In this document: one piece after another, positions 58,411 through 64,000 of the stretch | Layout: every line of letters begins with the position of its first letter | Position numbering within the stretch: the stretch's first letter is position 1 | DNA from: Escherichia coli | GTDB taxonomy: Bacteria; Pseudomonadota; Gammaproteobacteria; Enterobacterales; Enterobacteriaceae | Assembly: GCF_009931435.1 (NCBI RefSeq) | Contig: NZ_CP043414.1 | Length of the DNA stretch: 64,000 nucleotides | Reading direction: 5' to 3' (one strand) | Notes under the pieces: generated by a model | Seen by the model: the letters and a program-made list of their open reading frames with translations, nothing else | Database searches by the model: none | What the model was told of the DNA's origin: nothing | Translations under genes and position numbers: made by a program

Positions 58411-60675
58411 CTACCCGTTATCCACTGGCACGCCAAACCACTGATGATACCAACGAGGTAAAATTTGCTCTCTGAGGCTGCTAATCCGCCAGCCTTGCGC
58501 TGAAAAATTGACCGTTATTTGACCCTGATGTGGAGTATCAAGCCACTTATAACCCTGTTGTTGATAGCGATGTTTAACTTTGCTTGAGGGCAGTCGCCAT
58601 GCGTTATAGCGCGATGCCGATGCGAGTGCCACTTTTCCATTCACTCGCTGAATTAATGGCAACGATGATGAGGTATTACTGCCATGGTGAGGTACCTGAA
58701 GTAATGTTGCCTGCATTTGCTGCCAGTAACGGCTTAGCATCTTTTGTTCAGCGGGGGCTTCAATATCACCGGTTAGGAGAATGCTATTCGTCCCGTCATC
58801 AACCTTAACCACACAGGAATGGTTATTTCCTTTATCGTTGCTACCTTGTAAAGGCCAGTGCACGCTGAAACGCAATCCTTGCCATTGCCACGCTTCGCCA
58901 CGCACACAGGGCTGATGATGTTCCCAGCTTAAAGGGCTTCTGACCCATAACGTCGGCCAGGCTCGTAATATCGAGTCCAGCCCTCCCCGATGATCCAGAT
59001 GTTCATGACTAAGAATGACGCCTTCTGGTTCAAGATTATGCCAGCGTAGCCAGGGGATAATCAGTTGTTGCCCACTATCCCCCTCCGGCCAGGCCAGTCC
59101 GGTGTCATAGAGAATCGCTTTACCGTTTCTGGCTATCACCATTGCCAGCCCTTGCCCGACATCAAGCATGTACACCTGCCACGCGTCAGGCCGAGGTTTT
59201 TGCCACAGCGGCCAGCACATCAGCAAGCCTCCAGCCACACACATTGCCGGCAACGCTCGCCAGGCGTTTAATCGCCATACCACCAGTAAGAACCATGGGG
59301 AAAATGTTAGCCATTGCCAACGTTCAGCAATGTTGATCCACCCTTCCGGCAAACTCTTTAACCCCCAGAAAAGTAAAGCCAAAGACCGGTCGGCAAGAAA
59401 CCATAACCCTTGTTCCAGAATAAACGGCCCGCTTAAATGCACAACCATCGCGGCGAGAATCAACGGAACCGTGATAAATGTCACCAGGGGAATTGCAAAA
59501 AGATTTGCAATAAACGAGGTCAGACTAATGCCATGAAATATGACAATTTGCACGGGCATAAGCAGGAGGGTGATTCCCAGTTGCAGATGGATGAGGGAAA
59601 CAACCGCGCGCAATGCTGGCGGCAGCTGCCACTCCGGACAGGGAAACCACTGATACCAAAAAATCAGCGCCGCTACCGCAGCGGCAGAGAGCCATAAACT
59701 TTGCGAAAGAATGGCAACAGGATCCATCAGCAAAATTGCCGCCAGACAACATATCCATACATCCCAGCCACTCCATTGTCGTCCACTTAACTTAAGCATT
59801 CCCCAAATGGCAAGCGCCACCACGGTACGCAATGCAGGAGGCTGCATTCCCGTTAGCCAGGCGTAAAAAGCAGCACAGCAGATTCCACCAATTAATGGCA
59901 TTTGCCAGTGGATCCAGCACCCAGGCAGAAAAACTTGCCCACCGCGAATGAGTCCTGCAGCCAGCAACGCCGCAAAAGCGATGTGCAATCCTGATATCGC
60001 CATTAAATGCGCCGTTCCAGTATCACGCATGATATTTTTGATTTCTTTGGGGACGGATAACCGTTCCCCCATACCTAATCCAAGAATAACCGCGTTCCAC
60101 ATATAGGGTTGCAGCGTTGTTTGTAGTGACGCCAGATACTGTGCACGCAGGCTACAATTCGGTTCAATGACACTTGCCTGCAGAAAACGGCCGGTGAGCG
60201 GTTGATGCTGGGCAATGGCATAACGCTGGCTATCAAAGCCGCCATCATTAAGTTGGCCATGAACTGCACGAACTTTGAGTTTCATTGACCATACTTGTCC
60301 GGCACAAACCGCTTGCGGAAGATATTCGCCATACAGTACGAGGCCTGGCGCAGGGAATATACGTCGACCTTGTAGATGAGTAATTTGACCGTAATGAGTG
60401 GTCATGCCGTCAGTAGCAGTGATCTCAACTATTGCATCCTGCGTCGCGCCAGTTAAGGTTTCTCCTGCCCACAAAATTTGCTTTGCCGCTAATATGCCCC
60501 AAAGAAAAAACAGCAGCGTCAGCGCGATATAACGGACGGCTTTAACAGGAATAAATGCCAGTACGCAGGCGAAGACTGTCAGAAACGCAAGGGTTAATGT
60601 CCCAGGCAATTGGGGCAAAATCAACAACGGAAAAATTCCGCAAATTATGCTTACGCCGACTGTCGTTATTTTCAT
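58411..60675 (-). CDS. ycaI: ComEC/Rec2-family DNA internalisation channel homolog
   Basis: 754-aa ORF with a polytopic membrane domain plus a C-terminal metallo-beta-lactamase-like domain (HEHLDHRGG). Confidence 0.9.
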   Translation of the reverse strand: MKITTVGVSIICGIFPLLILPQLPGTLTLAFLTVFACVLAFIPVKAVRYIALTLLFFLWGILAAKQILWAGETLTGATQDAIVEITATDGMTTHYGQITHLQGRRIFPAPGLVLYGEYLPQAVCAGQVWSMKLKVRAVHGQLNDGGFDSQRYAIAQHQPLTGRFLQASVIEPNCSLRAQYLASLQTTLQPYMWNAVILGLGMGERLSVPKEIKNIMRDTGTAHLMAISGLHIAFAALLAAGLIRGGQVFLPGCWIHWQMPLIGGICCAAFYAWLTGMQPPALRTVVALAIWGMLKLSGRQWSGWDVWICCLAAILLMDPVAILSQSLWLSAAAVAALIFWYQWFPCPEWQLPPALRAVVSLIHLQLGITLLLMPVQIVIFHGISLTSFIANLFAIPLVTFITVPLILAAMVVHLSGPFILEQGLWFLADRSLALLFWGLKSLPEGWINIAERWQWLTFSPWFLLVVWRLNAWRALPAMCVAGGLLMCWPLWQKPRPDAWQVYMLDVGQGLAMVIARNGKAILYDTGLAWPEGDSGQQLIIPWLRWHNLEPEGVILSHEHLDHRGGLDSILRAWPTLWVRSPLSWEHHQPCVRGEAWQWQGLRFSVHWPLQGSNDKGNNHSCVVKVDDGTNSILLTGDIEAPAEQKMLSRYWQQMQATLLQVPHHGSNTSSSLPLIQRVNGKVALASASRYNAWRLPSSKVKHRYQQQGYKWLDTPHQGQITVNFSAQGWRISSLREQILPRWYHQWFGVPVDNG

Positions 60676-60830
60676 GCACCTCTCCCTGTTTATGGAAAGT
60701 GTGCAACTTATTTGAACGGCTGTCTGGTGGTAGTTTTATGTTCCCCGAGGTGCGTTCAGAAGAATTTAACGAGAAAGTGAAAACTGCTCAAAACTCTGCG
60801 AGGCAGCTTCCAGTTTCAGATTAGAGAAAT

Positions 60831-60857
60831 GAAAAAAGCACCCGACAGGTGCTTTTC
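60831..60857 (-). terminator. rho-independent terminator after ihfB
   Basis: Hairpin agcacc-cgaca-ggtgct, with a T6 run following on the minus strand. Confidence 0.7.
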
Positions 60858-60881
60858 TCGCGTTCAAGTTTGGGTAAAAAC

Positions 60882-61166
60882 TTAACCGTAAATATTGGCG
60901 CGATCGCGCAGTTCTTTACCTGGTTTAAAGTGAGGAACGTATTTTCCTTCCAGTTCTACTTTATCGCCAGTCTTCGGATTACGTCCGGTACGTGGTGCGC
61001 GGTAGTGCAAAGAGAAACTGCCGAAACCGCGGATTTCAATACGCTCGCCCTGCGCAAGAGTCGAGGCCATATGCTCCAGCATCTCTTTTACTGCATCTTC
61101 AACCGTCTTGGCGGGAATGTGCGATTGCTGGGTGGCAAGTCTTTCTATCAATTCTGACTTGGTCAT
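60882..61166 (-). CDS. ihfB: integration host factor beta subunit
   Basis: 94-aa ORF ([30 protein letters not shown]...). Confidence 0.97.
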
Positions 61167-61325
61167 GATTCCTCCGGTTCCTTAAAGGCAAATTAAGCGG
61201 CTGCTGTTGCTGCATTGATTAAGGGCGGCCGTAGCCGCCCTTAGTGCTTGATTACAGGACGAAACCTGCAATCTGTCAAGTAAACTCAACAAACTTCGGA
61301 ATAAAAATCCCGAAGAGTCAGAGAA

Positions 61326-62999
61326 TTACTCGCCTTTAGCTGCTTTGAAAGCTTCAGCCATTGCGTTGTTGGAGAAGTTTGCATCTTCCTGTTTGTTAAC
61401 AGTTGCGATTGCATCTTTCTCGTCAGCTTCGTCTTTCGCACGAACAGACAGGCTGATTGCGCGGTTTTTACGATCAACGCCGGTGAATTTAGCTTCAACT
61501 TCGTCGCCAACGCTCAGAACCAGGGTAGCGTCTTCAACGCGGTCACGGGATGCTTCAGAAGCACGCAGGTAACCTTCAACGCCGTCAGCCAGTTCTACGG
61601 TTGCGCCTTTAGCGTCAACTGCAGTTACTTTACCGGTTACGATAGCGCCTTTCTTGTTCAGAGCAACCCAGTTGTTGAACGGATCTTCTGCGAGCTGTTT
61701 AACGCCCAGGGAGATACGTTCACGTTCTGCGTCAACCTGCAGAACAACTGCAGCGATTTCGTCGCCTTTTTTGTATTCACGAACTGCTTCTTCGCCTGCA
61801 ACGTTCCAGGAGATGTCAGACAGGTGAACCAGGCCGTCGATGCCGCCGTCCAGGCCGATGAAGATACCGAAGTCAGTGATAGACTTGATTTTACCTTCAA
61901 CACGGTCACCCTTGTTGTGGGTTTCCGCGAACTGCTGCCACGGGTTAGCTTTGCACTGTTTCAGACCCAGGGAGATACGACGACGTTCTTCGTCGATATC
62001 CAGAACCATAACTTCCACTACATCGCCAACGTTAACAACTTTGGACGGGTGGATGTTTTTGTTGGTCCAATCCATTTCGGAAACGTGTACCAGGCCTTCA
62101 ACGCCTTCTTCGATTTCAACGAAGCAGCCGTAGTCGGTCAGGTTGGTCACGCGACCAGTCAGTTTGGTACCTTCCGGATAACGTTTAGCGATAGCTACCC
62201 ACGGATCTTCGCCCAGCTGTTTCAGGCCCAGGGATACACGGGTACGTTCGCGGTCGAACTTCAGCACTTTAACAGTGATTTCGTCGCCCACGTTGACGAT
62301 TTCGCTTGGATGCTTAACGCGTTTCCAGGCCATATCAGTGATGTGCAGCAGGCCGTCAACGCCGCCCAGATCAACGAATGCACCGTAGTCAGTGAGGTTC
62401 TTAACGATACCTTTAACTTCCATGCCTTCCTGCAGGTTTTCCAGCAGCTGATCGCGCTCTGCGCTGTTTTCGGATTCGATAACGGCACGACGAGAAACAA
62501 CAACGTTGTTGCGCTTCTGATCCAGCTTGATTACTTTGAATTCAAGCTCTTTGCCTTCCAGGTGCAGAGTGTCACGCACCGGACGAACGTCTACCAGAGA
62601 ACCTGGCAGGAACGCACGAATACCGTTCAGCTCAACAGTGAAGCCGCCCTTAACTTTGCCGTTGATAACACCGGTAACAGTTTCAGCATCTTCGTAAGCT
62701 TTTTCCAGCGTGATCCAGGCTTCGTGACGTTTAGCTTTCTCACGGGACAGCAGAGTTTCACCGAAGCCGTCTTCTACTGCGTCCAGAGCAACGTCAACTT
62801 CGTCACCTACCTGGATTTCCAGCTCGCCCTGGGCGTTTTTGAACTGCTCAGCCGGGATGGCGGACTCAGATTTCAGACCAGCGTCAACCAGTACTACGTC
62901 TTTGTCGATAGCAACAACAACGCCACGAACGATAGAACCCGGGCGGGTTTCGATTTCTTTTAAGGACTCTTCAAAGAGTTGAGCAAAAGATTCAGTCAT
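61326..62999 (-). CDS. rpsA: 30S ribosomal protein S1
   Basis: 557-aa ORF with six S1 repeats. Confidence 0.98.
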
Positions 63000-63109
63000 G
63001 TTTAATCTTCAGGTTTATATTTAACGTCCACCTGGCTCCATGCCGGATGGGGTTGTTTAACATACCCGCTGTCATTCCATTGCAACGGGGGTACTGCAAA
63101 TTCGGTCGC
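63000..63109 (-). promoter_or_regulatory. rpsA leader / translational operator region (autoregulated by S1)
   Basis: 110-nt cmk-rpsA intergenic leader with no strong SD before the rpsA ATG; assignment rests on established rpsA biology. Confidence 0.5.
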
Positions 63110-63793
63110 TTATGCGAGAGCCAATTTCTGGCGCGCGTATTGTAGCGCTTTTTCAATCACTTGCTCAATGCTTAAGGTGGTGGAATCCAACACTAAAGCA
63201 TCGGCTGCCGGAACCAGTGGCGCTACCGCTCGGTTACGATCGCGGTCGTCGCGTTCTTTGATCTCGGCCAAAAGGCGCTCAAAGTTAACACTAAAGCCCT
63301 TCTCCTGCAACTGTAGCATGCGGCGATGCGCACGTTCTTCCGAGGAGGCGTCAAGGAAAATTTTCACTGGCGCATCAGGGAATACCACCGTTCCCATATC
63401 GCGGCCATCGGCAATCAAGCCTGGTAATTCGCGAAACGCGCGTTGGCGACGCAATAATGCTTCACGAACGCGTGGGAATGCCGCGACTTGTGAAGCAGCA
63501 TTCGCCACTTCCTGAGTACGAATTTCGCCGCTGACATCTTCCCCTTCGAGGATCACTTCCAGATTGCCATTGGTCGACACAAAACGGACATCCAGATGGG
63601 ATGCCAGCGGCACGAGCGCATCTTCCGATGCAACATCAACATGGTGATGTAATGCCGCCAGTGCCAGTACGCGATAAATTGCACCCGAGTCCAGCAGATG
63701 CCATTGCAACGCTTCCGCCATAGCCTTACACAAGGTGCCTTTCCCTGCACCGCTTGGGCCATCAATGGTAATAACCGGGGCAATTGCCGTCAT
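63110..63793 (-). CDS. cmk: cytidylate kinase
   Basis: 227-aa ORF with a P-loop (GPSGAGKGT) and an aaggag RBS. Confidence 0.96.
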
Positions 63794-63965
63794 CTTTATC
63801 TCCTTAAAACAGGCGTACCGTTAACATAACCGCGCGCATTATACGCGCCGACGCCACAAATCGTTAACGTTGTGTGCAAAAACCAGTTTTGTCTGTATTC
63901 AGATGGGGATTTATTGCGCAATTATAGCGGGCTGGCAGAAGACCAGCCCGAAAGATGACAATGAT

Positions 63966-64000
63966 TTACTTACCAGAGGCGATACGATCACGGATGTGTT
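63966..64000 (-). CDS. possible 3' end of the upstream gene (ycaL-like), truncated by the window edge
   Basis: Only 11 codons (...HIRDRIASGK*) are visible. The frame is chosen because a hairpin and a TATAAT element follow it; this is very weak. Confidence 0.3.
   Translation of the reverse strand, partial: HIRDRIASGK

Noticed and set aside
61824-62963. 379-aa plus-strand ORF antisense to rpsA
   Set aside because: Embedded in rpsA; a low-complexity translation typical of the reverse frame of a highly expressed gene.

Overview
This window is a contiguous block of conserved Escherichia/Shigella-type core chromosome, and I do not find a novel or undescribed system inside it. It matches the E. 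coli K-12 22-min region from ycaL'/cmk to yccA, read here in reverse-complement orientation, with about 60 genes whose ORF lengths match the known proteins. All gene identities rest on my recall of the protein sequences, not on a database search. The only accessory signal is at the left edge: the 3' end of a tyrosine integrase followed by a 60-nt 3' fragment of tRNA-Ser and the native serT terminator, which looks like one end of a serT-integrated island or prophage whose cargo lies outside the window. Two other departures from K-12 are that pyrD and ssuE are directly adjacent, so the elf/ycb fimbrial operon is absent, and that a REP/BIME cluster sits between ssuB and pepN. There is no CRISPR array or rRNA gene, and no complete tRNA or transposase/IS element. 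Long antisense ORFs inside mukB, pepN, rpsA, ompF and rlmL are treated as frame artefacts.
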